Assembly (NCBI GenBank): GCA_016794505.1
Contig: JAEUJZ010000074.1
Coordinates: 49,061 to 113,060 of the forward strand
Direction of reading: 5' to 3'
Source of the DNA: Myxococcales bacterium
GTDB lineage: Bacteria > Myxococcota_A > Polyangia > Palsa-1104 > JAEUJZ01
DNA length: 64,000 bases
Shown here piece after piece: positions 46,715 through 55,099 of the stretch (position 1 is its first letter; each line of letters opens with the position of its first letter). A program made the position numbers and the translations under genes. The notes under the pieces were generated by a model. It made no database searches and had not been told where the DNA came from. It was given only the letters and a program-made list of their open reading frames with translations.

Positions 46715-47122
46715 ATGGCCCCGGCCTCTTTTGTCCCGCTGTCTGCGCCGCGTCGACGCCTGGCCGTGCTCTTGGCCACAGCCCCAGGGGAGCGCTTTCA
46801 GCCCCTGCCGCCCGCGAGCGATCCGCCGAGCCACACGCTGTTCGCTGACGACTTTGCCTGCGTTGCCTCGGCGCTTCGGTCGGCGGTGGCCGCCGGAGAC
46901 GACGCCGCCCTGTTCTTGATGGATCACGGCGTGCTGTACGCCACCGATCCGCGCCTGCCGCCGCTTCTCGCTGAGGGAATCGATGTTGCGCTGTGCGCCA
47001 CCGATGCCGAAGCACAGGGCCTGGATCTGATGGCCGCCGCGAGCCATGGCATCTTGCTCGGCTCGCAGCACGACCACGCCCGCCTGGTGCGCGACAGCGA
47101 TCGCTTTCTGTCGTTTACCTAG
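46715..47122 (+). CDS. DsrE/TusD-like sulfur-relay family small protein (tentative)
   Basis: A DsrE-like layout is present (LAVLLATAP...ALFLMDHGVLYA...VALCATDAEAQGLD...GILLG). The call is weak. Confidence 0.4.
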   Translation: MAPASFVPLSAPRRRLAVLLATAPGERFQPLPPASDPPSHTLFADDFACVASALRSAVAAGDDAALFLMDHGVLYATDPRLPPLLAEGIDVALCATDAEAQGLDLMAAASHGILLGSQHDHARLVRDSDRFLSFT

Positions 47123-47143
47123 CCGCTCGTCTCGCAAGCCCGC

Positions 47144-47479
47144 ATGCCGTCCCGCCCCGCGAACCGTCCACAAGGCCACGCCGCGCCGAAGCGCGTCCTG
47201 GTCATTCTGCGTCGCCCGCCCGAGCATCCTCGCACAGCCCAAGGCCTGCGCGCTGCCGTCGGCTATGCCGCGGTGGGCCTGCGCGTGCAGATCGCCTGCG
47301 TCGGCCCGGCCCAGCCCATCGGCTTGCGTCCCGCGGCCGAGCTTCCCCCGCTGCTTGTGCGTCCACGACAGACCCTGGTGGCCTTGGGCAGCCTTCTAGT
47401 CTCACTGTCCGATGATCCGCAGGCCGCCGAGCGCCTGTCTGAGCTGGCTCAAGCCAGCGATGTCGTCGTCTGCTGGTAA
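47144..47479 (+). CDS. DsrE/DsrF (TusC)-like small protein (tentative)
   Basis: The N-terminus KRVLVILRRPP and the QIACVG segment resemble DsrF/TusC-type proteins. The gene is paired with the upstream DsrE-like gene. Confidence 0.35.
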   Translation: MPSRPANRPQGHAAPKRVLVILRRPPEHPRTAQGLRAAVGYAAVGLRVQIACVGPAQPIGLRPAAELPPLLVRPRQTLVALGSLLVSLSDDPQAAERLSELAQASDVVVCW

Positions 47480-47517
47480 GGCAACGCCGTCCCACATCCC
47501 CCGCGCCAACGCCGCCC

Positions 47518-48906
47518 TTGCAAGCGGCCCACCGCGACGCAGACTGCGATACGCTGGAGAGCATGAGCGAACATCAGGCAGGCGCAGCCGGACCCGCCCA
47601 GGCCACGGCCCGCCCATCCGCAGGCTCCGACGAAGCGCGCGTCTTGGGCGGCCTGGTCAACGTACGCGTCAGCGAATGGCCCGCGGTGCTGTGGTCGTTT
47701 CTGTATTTCTTCTGCCTGCTCTCCGGCTACTACGTACTTCGCCCAGTCCGCGACGAGATGGGCATCCTCGGGGGCATCAAGAACCTGCCCTGGATGTTCT
47801 CGGCGACCTTCGTCGGCATGCTCGCCACCTTGCCGATCTTTGGTCTCGCCGCCGCCCGCTGGCCGCGCAGCAAGCTCGTCCCTGGCGTCTATTTCTTTGT
47901 CATCAGCAACCTGCTCGTCTTTTTCGTCGCGATGTACGCCGGCTACCGCCCTGCCGTCGTCGCCAAGGTGTTCTTCGTCTGGCTGTCAGTGGTCAACTAC
48001 TTCATCGTCAGCGTCTTTTGGTCGTTCATGTCCGACCTGTACGAAAGCGAGCAGGCCAAGCGCCTGTTCCCGGTCATCGCAGCCGGCGGCAGCGTCGGAG
48101 CCATCGTCGGCCCCGCCATTACCGCGGCCCTGGTCAAGCACATCGGCATCGCCAGCCTGTTCCTGGTCTCGGCCGGCCTTTTCACCTGCGCCACCGTCTG
48201 CATCAGCCGCCTGAGCGACTGGGCCAAGGCCCACAGCCACGGCGAGCGCCAGCACGGCGAGGCCGTCGGAGGCGGCATCTTTTCCGGCGTCCGCCTCGCG
48301 CTGTCGAACCCCTACCTGCTCGCCATTGCCGGGTACATCCTGCTTCTGCAAGTGCTGGGCACGTTCTTTTATCTGGAGCAGACGCGCGTCGTCTCGCAGA
48401 CCCTGTCGTCCTCGACCGCCCGCACGCAGCTTTTCGCCCAGCTTGACCTTTCGGTAAACGGCCTGACCTTGCTCTTGCAGATCTTCGTAACCGGGCGCCT
48501 GGTGCTGTCGCTGGGGCTCTCGACCTGCCTGGTGCTTTTGCCGGTGTTCGGCGGCCTGGGCCTGCTGACCGTCGGGCTGTGGCCGACGCTGTGGGTGGTC
48601 GCAGCGGCCAGCGTCGTGCGCCGCGCCACCGAGTTCGCGATCTCAAAGCCCGCCCGCGAGGTGCTGTTCACCGTCGTCACGCGCGAGGAACGATACAAAG
48701 CCAAGAACGTCATCGACACCCTCGTCTCACGCGGGGGCGATGCCGCATCTGGCTGGGCCCACAATGGCCTGACCGCCCTGGGCATCAACGTCTCGCAGAT
48801 GGCCTTTGCCAGCCTGCCCGCCGCCGTCGCCATGATCGCCGTCGGCCTCTACCTGGGTAAGCAGCAAGAAGCGAAGCGCAAGGCCGCCAAGACCGCCGAC
48901 GCCTGA
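47518..48906 (+). CDS. Polytopic membrane transporter (MFS-like; N-terminal motif reminiscent of Npt/TLC nucleotide-translocase-like families)
   Basis: The protein has about 12 predicted TM helices. The N-terminus reads WSFLYFFCLLSGYYVLRPVRDEMG. The family assignment is uncertain. Confidence 0.5.
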   Translation: MQAAHRDADCDTLESMSEHQAGAAGPAQATARPSAGSDEARVLGGLVNVRVSEWPAVLWSFLYFFCLLSGYYVLRPVRDEMGILGGIKNLPWMFSATFVGMLATLPIFGLAAARWPRSKLVPGVYFFVISNLLVFFVAMYAGYRPAVVAKVFFVWLSVVNYFIVSVFWSFMSDLYESEQAKRLFPVIAAGGSVGAIVGPAITAALVKHIGIASLFLVSAGLFTCATVCISRLSDWAKAHSHGERQHGEAVGGGIFSGVRLALSNPYLLAIAGYILLLQVLGTFFYLEQTRVVSQTLSSSTARTQLFAQLDLSVNGLTLLLQIFVTGRLVLSLGLSTCLVLLPVFGGLGLLTVGLWPTLWVVAAASVVRRATEFAISKPAREVLFTVVTREERYKAKNVIDTLVSRGGDAASGWAHNGLTALGINVSQMAFASLPAAVAMIAVGLYLGKQQEAKRKAAKTADA

Positions 48907-49046
48907 TCCCTCGCTCGCACGCGATCGACGCGCCTGCGCACGCCCTACCCCACGGAACACCGCGCTGACCCGCGGGGCAGCCAAGAGCCGCGTCAGACTG
49001 CCCCACCTCGGCCGCTATCGCGTTTCCCCTATATCGACAGAGTGAT

Positions 49047-49415
49047 CTAGTTGGGCGCCCCGCAGGCTAGCCAGTCGGCGAGCTTTTGTCGTTGGTCGGC
49101 GGGCGGGTCATCAGGTCCAGGGGGCATTGAGCTGTTGTTTGCCGCAGAGCGGACGAAGATTCGCGCTCTGTGGCGCTGGATCTGTTCCAGCGTGTCAAAG
49201 ATGAACTCTCCGGGGGCTCCTTGGCGATCGACAGCCTGCGACCCATGACAGCTCTGGCAGTAACCGTTCATAAACGGAGCGCCAAAGCTCGAATAGCGCA
49301 GCGGCGTCCCCGGCGGTGGGCACGGATGGGAATCGATCTCGGTATAAAAGAGACCGCACGCGGACAGACTCACGAGCGCGACGACAAGCGCGGAACGCAG
49401 TGTGATTTGGGGCAT
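49047..49415 (-). CDS. Small lipoprotein with a single CxxCH haem c-binding motif (c-type cytochrome-like)
   Basis: A lipobox (LVSLSACGL) is present. One CQSCH motif is present, followed by a Met-containing SMPPGP stretch. Confidence 0.5.
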   Translation of the reverse strand: MPQITLRSALVVALVSLSACGLFYTEIDSHPCPPPGTPLRYSSFGAPFMNGYCQSCHGSQAVDRQGAPGEFIFDTLEQIQRHRARIFVRSAANNSSMPPGPDDPPADQRQKLADWLACGAPN

Positions 49416-49427
49416 CGGCTGAGGCTC

Positions 49428-50024
49428 CTAAAAAAGCTGGAAGGCGCCGCCCACGGACAGCCCGACAAAGCCATAAACCGAGGGACCCGTGGAATATGTG
49501 AGATAGCTCAGCGCGACTTCGGGACCGACGGTCAATTCGTACTTGGGTTGGCGATAGGCGACGAAGTCCACGCCCAGATTGCCTTGTACTCCGGCGCGAT
49601 GGCGAATCCCGGTGCCAATGCCAAGCAGCGCGCCGCCTGGCTGTTCGGCCACAGCGGCAATCGACTCTTCGTGCTGATGGATAAACGATACGCTGATGCG
49701 GCCATATACTTTGGAAGACAGATAGCCGCCCCCCATAAGCCCAATAAGAATCGCCGTAAGCTGGCGCTCATCGATCCGCGCGTACCCGAGCCGCCCCTGC
49801 GCAAAGAGCGCAATCGTGCGGAATAGGCGCAAGCCCAGAAGCAGGCTGCCGGTACCTAGCGGATCGCCTTGCCACGTCGTACCTCCCGCCATGAGCCCGA
49901 CGGAAACAAGGAGCTGTCCGCGCGGTTTGCGCGGCGCGGGACTGGCAGGCGTTTCGGCGGCTTGCGGCGGAGGTGCAGGCGCGACCTCTGCCGGTGGATT
50001 CTGGATCGCGGGGTCAAGCTGCAT
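49428..50024 (-). CDS. Hypothetical outer-membrane beta-barrel-like protein
   Basis: The C-terminal half has alternating hydrophobic/Gly-rich strands and ends in an aromatic residue (GGAFQLF). The start is uncertain: MQLDP at 50024 versus the longer ORF-track start, which would run antisense through the FGE gene. Confidence 0.4.
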   Translation of the reverse strand: MQLDPAIQNPPAEVAPAPPPQAAETPASPAPRKPRGQLLVSVGLMAGGTTWQGDPLGTGSLLLGLRLFRTIALFAQGRLGYARIDERQLTAILIGLMGGGYLSSKVYGRISVSFIHQHEESIAAVAEQPGGALLGIGTGIRHRAGVQGNLGVDFVAYRQPKYELTVGPEVALSYLTYSTGPSVYGFVGLSVGGAFQLF

Positions 50025-50103
50025 GCCCGCAGGTATACGCCATAGACGCCGGAAAGGCCGCGACAGAAATTCGCCGATCCGTGGGGATAAAGTCGTGTGC
50101 CGC

Positions 50104-51009
50104 ATGCGCATCCCACGTAAGCCCAATGAGTCGCGCCGCGTTCGCTCTGAAGCCCCGCCCGAAACGCAGCGACCGCATGGCAAGATAGCGACCGTGCGTG
50201 TCCCCCGGAATTCCTCTGCCGCGCAGGCTGGCGAGCGGGCCATCGAGCTGGTCGATATCGACGCCGGCTCGGTGGTGCTGCGCGACGATCGCATCGGCCG
50301 CATCTGGCGCGTCGAGATCCAGCCCTTTCGCATCGCTCGATGCCCCGTCACCTGCGCGCAGTATCGCGAGCTCCTGGGCCTTGCGCCCTCGACCGACAAC
50401 GACGCCCAACCCCAGAAGGACAGCGACGCTCTGCCCGTCGTCGAGGTCTCGTGGTACGAGGCCATCGCCTTCTGCAACGCGCTGTCGGCTCAGTGCGGGC
50501 TGCCCCCCTGTTACACCCTCTCTGACGAGGGCACGCAGGTCACGTTTTCCACGGAAAGCGACGGCTATCGCTTGCCCAGCGAGGCCGAGTGGCAGTACGC
50601 CTGCCAAGCTGGCGACGAGCGCGTGCGCTATGGCGAGCTAGACGCCATCGCCTGGTACCGCGAAAACTCGGGCGGCCAGCGCCACCCCGTCGGGCAGAAG
50701 CAGCCCAACCGCTGGGGCCTGCACGACCTGCTCGGCAACGTCTGGGAGTGGTGCTGGGACCTGTACGATCCGCAGGTCTATGGCGAGTACCGCGTCTTTC
50801 GCGGGGGCGGCTGGGCAGACGCTCACTGGGGCTGCACCGCCGCCAGCCGACGTCGCAGCCATCCGACCTTCCGCATCGACGATCTCGGCTTCCGCCTGGC
50901 GCGCAGCGGGCCGGCCAGCCCGGCGCAGCGCAGCGCAGAAATCAGCGAAGCCAACGACGAGCCCAGCGAAGGAACGCGCCCACAACCGACCCGCAAGGCG
51001 AAGAGCTGA
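50104..51009 (+). CDS. Formylglycine-generating-enzyme (FGE-sulfatase/SUMF1) domain protein
   Basis: FGE signatures are present (RIARCPVTCAQYRELLG, LPSEAEWQYACQAG, GNVWEWCWDLY, RVFRGGGWAD, LGFRLAR). The start is set at MRIPRK (50104). Confidence 0.75.
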   Translation: MRIPRKPNESRRVRSEAPPETQRPHGKIATVRVPRNSSAAQAGERAIELVDIDAGSVVLRDDRIGRIWRVEIQPFRIARCPVTCAQYRELLGLAPSTDNDAQPQKDSDALPVVEVSWYEAIAFCNALSAQCGLPPCYTLSDEGTQVTFSTESDGYRLPSEAEWQYACQAGDERVRYGELDAIAWYRENSGGQRHPVGQKQPNRWGLHDLLGNVWEWCWDLYDPQVYGEYRVFRGGGWADAHWGCTAASRRRSHPTFRIDDLGFRLARSGPASPAQRSAEISEANDEPSEGTRPQPTRKAKS

Positions 51010-51090
51010 CCCATATCGAGTAAATTGATATATAAATATCTCAAATATATTCCGTATTAAACAACATAAATAATAACGATATGGATCCGT
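51010..51090. promoter_or_regulatory. Strongly AT-rich 80-bp spacer between the convergent FGE and LanB genes (likely bidirectional termination region)
   Basis: The sequence reads cccatatcgagtaaattgatatataaatatctcaaatatattccgtattaaacaacataaataataacgatatgg. It contains a TATATTCCGTATT element similar to the ATATTCC repeats at 12.8 kb. Confidence 0.4.
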
Positions 51091-54000
51091 TCATCGGCTG
51101 GGCTTTGCGGAACGAGCCAGGACCGCCTCGGCTGCTCGCTGCGCCAGACACAGAACCTGATGTTCCAAGCGATGATTGCCGAGCAGGCGGTTGCAGTGCA
51201 TGTGAAACAGCGACGCCAAGATGTCGTGAAGCGGACGGCTCAGCGCCGATTGTGCGGCGGCGGCGTGATAGGTCGCGGCAACGCGCTGCACAGACTGCTC
51301 GTACGCCGCAAAGGCCGGGGCGATGTCTCGGTGGTGCAGACACGCCAGGTCTGGCGGCGGCGAGGCAGAGAGGCCCTCGCAGGAGCCCACGAGATCGTGA
51401 AGCGGCTTGGCATAGCGACGGTATGTCGCGTCCAGCGCGCTCTTGTGCAGCGGGTCGTGGGCCGAGCGCAGCGAACGATCAGCTTCGCGCTGTTCGCGCA
51501 GCGCCCAAAAGAGCTGCCGCCTCTGCGCCAGATCAAACCCAAAGGCGCGATACAGCGTGTGGAGTGCCCGCACCGGCACGAGGATCCGCACGTCCCGCTC
51601 GTGATCCAGCTGATCGCGGTAGTACGCGGCAAGCACGCGCAGGCACAAGCGACTGTCGGCGGTAAACAACTGCTCAGCGGCTGCGATCAGCGCCGGACCG
51701 CCATAGCGATCGACCTCTCGCTCGTACGTCGCGACCTCAAAGTGGGCCAGCGCACCGTCGTGTAGCTCGGCAGCGATGCGCTCGGACAGCCGATCCAGAA
51801 GCTGCAGGGACGACAGGCGGCAAGGACGCAGGCGCAGGCGCAAGTGGGCTTCGGGATCGGCATAGCGCACGAAGTGAAACTCGCTGAGCAGATCCTGCCG
51901 CTCGCACTCGTTGATCAGTCGCGCGACAAAGCGACCCAGAAGATGGTCATCGAAGAACGCTCGCGTCGCCTCTTCGCTGCCCAGCCCAGCACCGTAATAC
52001 AGCTTCAGGTACAGCCACGGCGAGCCCGGCGGAAAGACGTGGGCCTTGCGCAGCGCCGACGTCTCGCAGAGCCCACCTGACGGCGGCCAGGTGCTGAATG
52101 CAGAAGCCGCAGCAGGGGTCGGCTCGGCCTGTGATCCCGACGCAGGCTTGCGAGCGCGGTTGGGATGCCTCTGCGCCCGGCCCGGCCCGGCATCCTCAGA
52201 CTGCGAGGGCAGGCGCAGCTGCACGACGGACTCTGCGACAAGCGGCCCGTCTGGACCGACGACGATGGAGCCTTCGTGCAGGAATTCTTCCTGAACCCAG
52301 AACCGCTGATCTTCGACCATGCTGGCCAGCTCGAATAGAGCCATGGGGCCGTCGAGATCCACGGCGTTGTGTTCCGCGTCTCCAAGCCGGACGATGCGCG
52401 GAACGCCGTAGCGCGCACGCCAGGCGGTGATCAGCGAGCGCAGCGCGACGTCGTCACGATCTTTGCGCGGCTGCGCCAGCACGTGCTGCAGGTTCGGTGG
52501 CAGAAACCAGCTCTGCGGTCGCAAGATGACGTCGCCGATGCAGATGCGCGCCGTGCGAGTCGGTAGCTGCTGGCTGTGGATGGGCAGCCCCCACACCATG
52601 CTCTGTGGGTCGAGAGCCTGCAGGACCTGGACAAGCGCAGAGAAGGCTTCCGGCACCAGCGCCGACCCCTGGCGCGCCACGACAGGCACACCGCGACGTT
52701 CCCAAAACAGCATGGGACCCAGCGGGCTCATGGTCACGCTCAGCTCAGAAATGGGAATCTGGAACTCGGCGGATACGCTGGGCTGGCCATCGGCCACGAT
52801 CTGATAGCGAAAGGTCATCGGGCGCTGGCTGAGATCACGCAAGCGGCCCCCACCCCCGCTGGTGATCTCAGCGAGGATGCAGGGGGCAAGATCCTGTTCT
52901 TGCTGTCGCCATAGATCGCGCTGCTGCCGCAGCATGGGGTCGTCGCGATCCCAGTGCAGAAAACGGTTTCCATATCGCCCCACCTGCGGCGTGAATCCCG
53001 AAGCAATCACGCGCGGCCGTCCCTTCAGTACCACGAAGCGCAGCATCCCTTCGACGATCGTCGGGCGCTGACTGAACGGCGGCACATGCTCGCGCAGTGC
53101 GTTGGCAAGATCAGAGAGCGGAAGCTCGATGTGTTCGAAGCCGTGCAGGTCGGCATCGAACAGCTTCTGCACCACGCAGCGATCCAACAGAGTCTGCTGT
53201 TGTGATGCAGTGGGCGCGAGCCGCTGTCCGTTGAAGAGTGGGCGCATATCGTCCAGGTTCCCGCCCTTGGCGATGCGAAAGACGACGTCCATAAGCGGCA
53301 GCCGACTGCCCATCGTGCCCTCGGCAAACAGGTCGCAGATGGCTGCGTAGTACGGCGAGCGCACGAGCTGCCACAAAAACGGCGTACGCGCGATGCAGTC
53401 GGCGACTTGTTGCACCAAGTCTGCGGGCAGTCCGCCTGCCTGAATGGACACGCGCAAGACCGCTTGCTGATTCGTGCCCGCGCGCAAGGCTTTGCTGCGT
53501 CCATCCGGTTGCTCGCTGCGAGTCGCAAGCCACGGGTGGCCCTCAAGGGCATCCCACGCACGATCAAACGAGGGATCAGCAACCGGCAGCGCACGATCCG
53601 TGATCTGAAGCAGAGCCTGACTGTCGGCTGCCAGCCCGGACAAAGCCGGCTCGCCTTCCGCCCACGCATGCAGCGTGCGTTCGGGACGCTCGCCAAGACT
53701 TGCAGGCTGCAAGCTGTCGAGCAAGACGCCGCTTTCGAGAAGATCCAAGACATACGCATCCGCGGTTTCGCGAGTCGTGTCTGGGGCTTCGGACTGCAGA
53801 CGCTCTGTCAGCTCAGTCCAGCTCCAGACCTGGTTGGAAGCCGCGCGGGACAGGATGGCTCGCAGGGGCTTGTCGAGACGCAGACAAGCGACGCGGTAAC
53901 GCGGAGTCTGGGTCTTTAGTCCATCGGGTTGTTGATCGGTGAAGTAGCAGAGAACGCCGCCGCGCTGCATGGCGCTCTCGTTGAAGCGAAAGCGCATGCG

Positions 54001-54474
54001 CTCGCGCACTGCGGAGTGCTTGACGAGGTCGCGCGTGATGGCCAGCACGCTTCCCCACGAAGGCATGACATGCACGCGAGCCTCGGCGATCGGCGCGATG
54101 CGAAGCTGCGTGAAGGGCCCGAGGGTCGCCGCAGCGATTCCGGCAAGAAGCTGCAGCGGCGTGCTGCGCGTGGTGACGCGTGCGAAATACCGATGCAACG
54201 TGATCAGAAGATCTTCGCTGAGTGGCAGTCCGCTCACGATCTGGCGCTGCATCGCAGCCCACATCGCCGGGCTCTTCGCACGCAGCGCGCGGCGCAGGAG
54301 CGGTGACTGAAAGAAGTGCATCAAGTCCTGCTGCCAGTCGCTTGACTGCGAAAGCGACAGAAAGCGTGCGGACGAAGCAAGCGGCACCCGCAGCAGAGCA
54401 ACCGGCAGAACGCTGGCCTGCTGCGATGGCTTCGCAGCCAGCGGATCCGCCCCAGGCTCAACGCGCCGCTTCAT
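51091..54474 (-). CDS. Full-length LanB-type (class I lanthipeptide) dehydratase
   Basis: The roughly 1127-aa protein has a large N-terminal Lant_dehydr_N-like region. The C-terminal SpaB_C/thiopeptide-type elimination domain signature is present (WLYLKLYYGAG...FHFVRYADPEAHLRLRLRP). An RBS (GCAGGAGcgagcgATG) lies upstream of MKRR (54474). Confidence 0.8.
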   Translation of the reverse strand: MKRRVEPGADPLAAKPSQQASVLPVALLRVPLASSARFLSLSQSSDWQQDLMHFFQSPLLRRALRAKSPAMWAAMQRQIVSGLPLSEDLLITLHRYFARVTTRSTPLQLLAGIAAATLGPFTQLRIAPIAEARVHVMPSWGSVLAITRDLVKHSAVRERMRFRFNESAMQRGGVLCYFTDQQPDGLKTQTPRYRVACLRLDKPLRAILSRAASNQVWSWTELTERLQSEAPDTTRETADAYVLDLLESGVLLDSLQPASLGERPERTLHAWAEGEPALSGLAADSQALLQITDRALPVADPSFDRAWDALEGHPWLATRSEQPDGRSKALRAGTNQQAVLRVSIQAGGLPADLVQQVADCIARTPFLWQLVRSPYYAAICDLFAEGTMGSRLPLMDVVFRIAKGGNLDDMRPLFNGQRLAPTASQQQTLLDRCVVQKLFDADLHGFEHIELPLSDLANALREHVPPFSQRPTIVEGMLRFVVLKGRPRVIASGFTPQVGRYGNRFLHWDRDDPMLRQQRDLWRQQEQDLAPCILAEITSGGGGRLRDLSQRPMTFRYQIVADGQPSVSAEFQIPISELSVTMSPLGPMLFWERRGVPVVARQGSALVPEAFSALVQVLQALDPQSMVWGLPIHSQQLPTRTARICIGDVILRPQSWFLPPNLQHVLAQPRKDRDDVALRSLITAWRARYGVPRIVRLGDAEHNAVDLDGPMALFELASMVEDQRFWVQEEFLHEGSIVVGPDGPLVAESVVQLRLPSQSEDAGPGRAQRHPNRARKPASGSQAEPTPAAASAFSTWPPSGGLCETSALRKAHVFPPGSPWLYLKLYYGAGLGSEEATRAFFDDHLLGRFVARLINECERQDLLSEFHFVRYADPEAHLRLRLRPCRLSSLQLLDRLSERIAAELHDGALAHFEVATYEREVDRYGGPALIAAAEQLFTADSRLCLRVLAAYYRDQLDHERDVRILVPVRALHTLYRAFGFDLAQRRQLFWALREQREADRSLRSAHDPLHKSALDATYRRYAKPLHDLVGSCEGLSASPPPDLACLHHRDIAPAFAAYEQSVQRVAATYHAAAAQSALSRPLHDILASLFHMHCNRLLGNHRLEHQVLCLAQRAAEAVLARSAKPSR

Positions 54475-54687
54475 CGCTCGCTCCTGCACGTTGGGATGGC
54501 GTCGAGCGGACGACGTGGATGCCGAGCAAAAGCGAGAACAGGAAGACCCACGAAGCTCATGCGATCACGAACGGGATTGCAGAAAAAAACCGACATCATG
54601 AAGCGCTAGGTGGTGACGACAAGCACGGGCCTCAGGCAGCCGTGCCCTTCGGCCGAGGAGCAAAGAGAAGTCGCGGTCGACCGTGAC

Positions 54688-54912
54688 TCAGACGCTGTAT
54701 CCCTTGGTGGCGATTCGGCTCACCCCCAACACACCAGCCGCCTCGGCAGTAATGTTGCTGCCGGGAGCCACCTGGATCGCGTCGTAGTTCAGGTACAGCG
54801 AGTATCCGCCTTTGAGGTTCGTGCGGACCTTCAGACCGGTGTTTCCTTCGTCATCATCGTCAGCAACGTTTTCAGACTCAGGGTTCGGATTGGCAGTGGC
54901 TTGAGTATTCTG
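54688..54912 (-). CDS. Candidate RiPP precursor peptide (75 aa, Cys-free)
   Basis: A canonical RBS precedes the start (AAGGAGcgactATG). The codon usage is lower in GC than the flanking genes. The sequence is MQNTQATANPNPESENVADDDDEGNTGLKVRTNLKGG|YSLYLNYDAIQVAPGSNITAEAAGVLGVSRIATKGYSV. The leader is acidic and ends in a double-Gly-like KGG. The core is rich in Ser, Thr and Tyr and has no Cys. The ORF lies directly upstream of lanB and downstream of the export cassette. Confidence 0.5.
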   Translation of the reverse strand, partial: QNTQATANPNPESENVADDDDEGNTGLKVRTNLKGGYSLYLNYDAIQVAPGSNITAEAAGVLGVSRIATKGYSV

Positions 54913-55099
54913 CATAGTCGCTCCTTGGGTAGGAATGAACAGGCTTCGATCCAGAATGCCTTGTCCAGGATAGGACGCTGCGACTCGGATTCGTAGATGA
55001 TTTTCACGCGGATTTATCGTCGCTGAATAAGGAAATCGGAACGCAGGCTTAGCGCCGGCCCACCGACCCCAGATGCCCTGAACGAAGCGAGCGCAGGCG

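Noticed and set aside
49428-50477. Full 349-aa ORF-track version of the outer-membrane barrel gene
   Set aside because: The N-terminal 150 aa would run antisense through the start of the FGE gene and are Arg/Ser-rich. The gene was trimmed to the MQLDP start at 50024, and the start remains uncertain.
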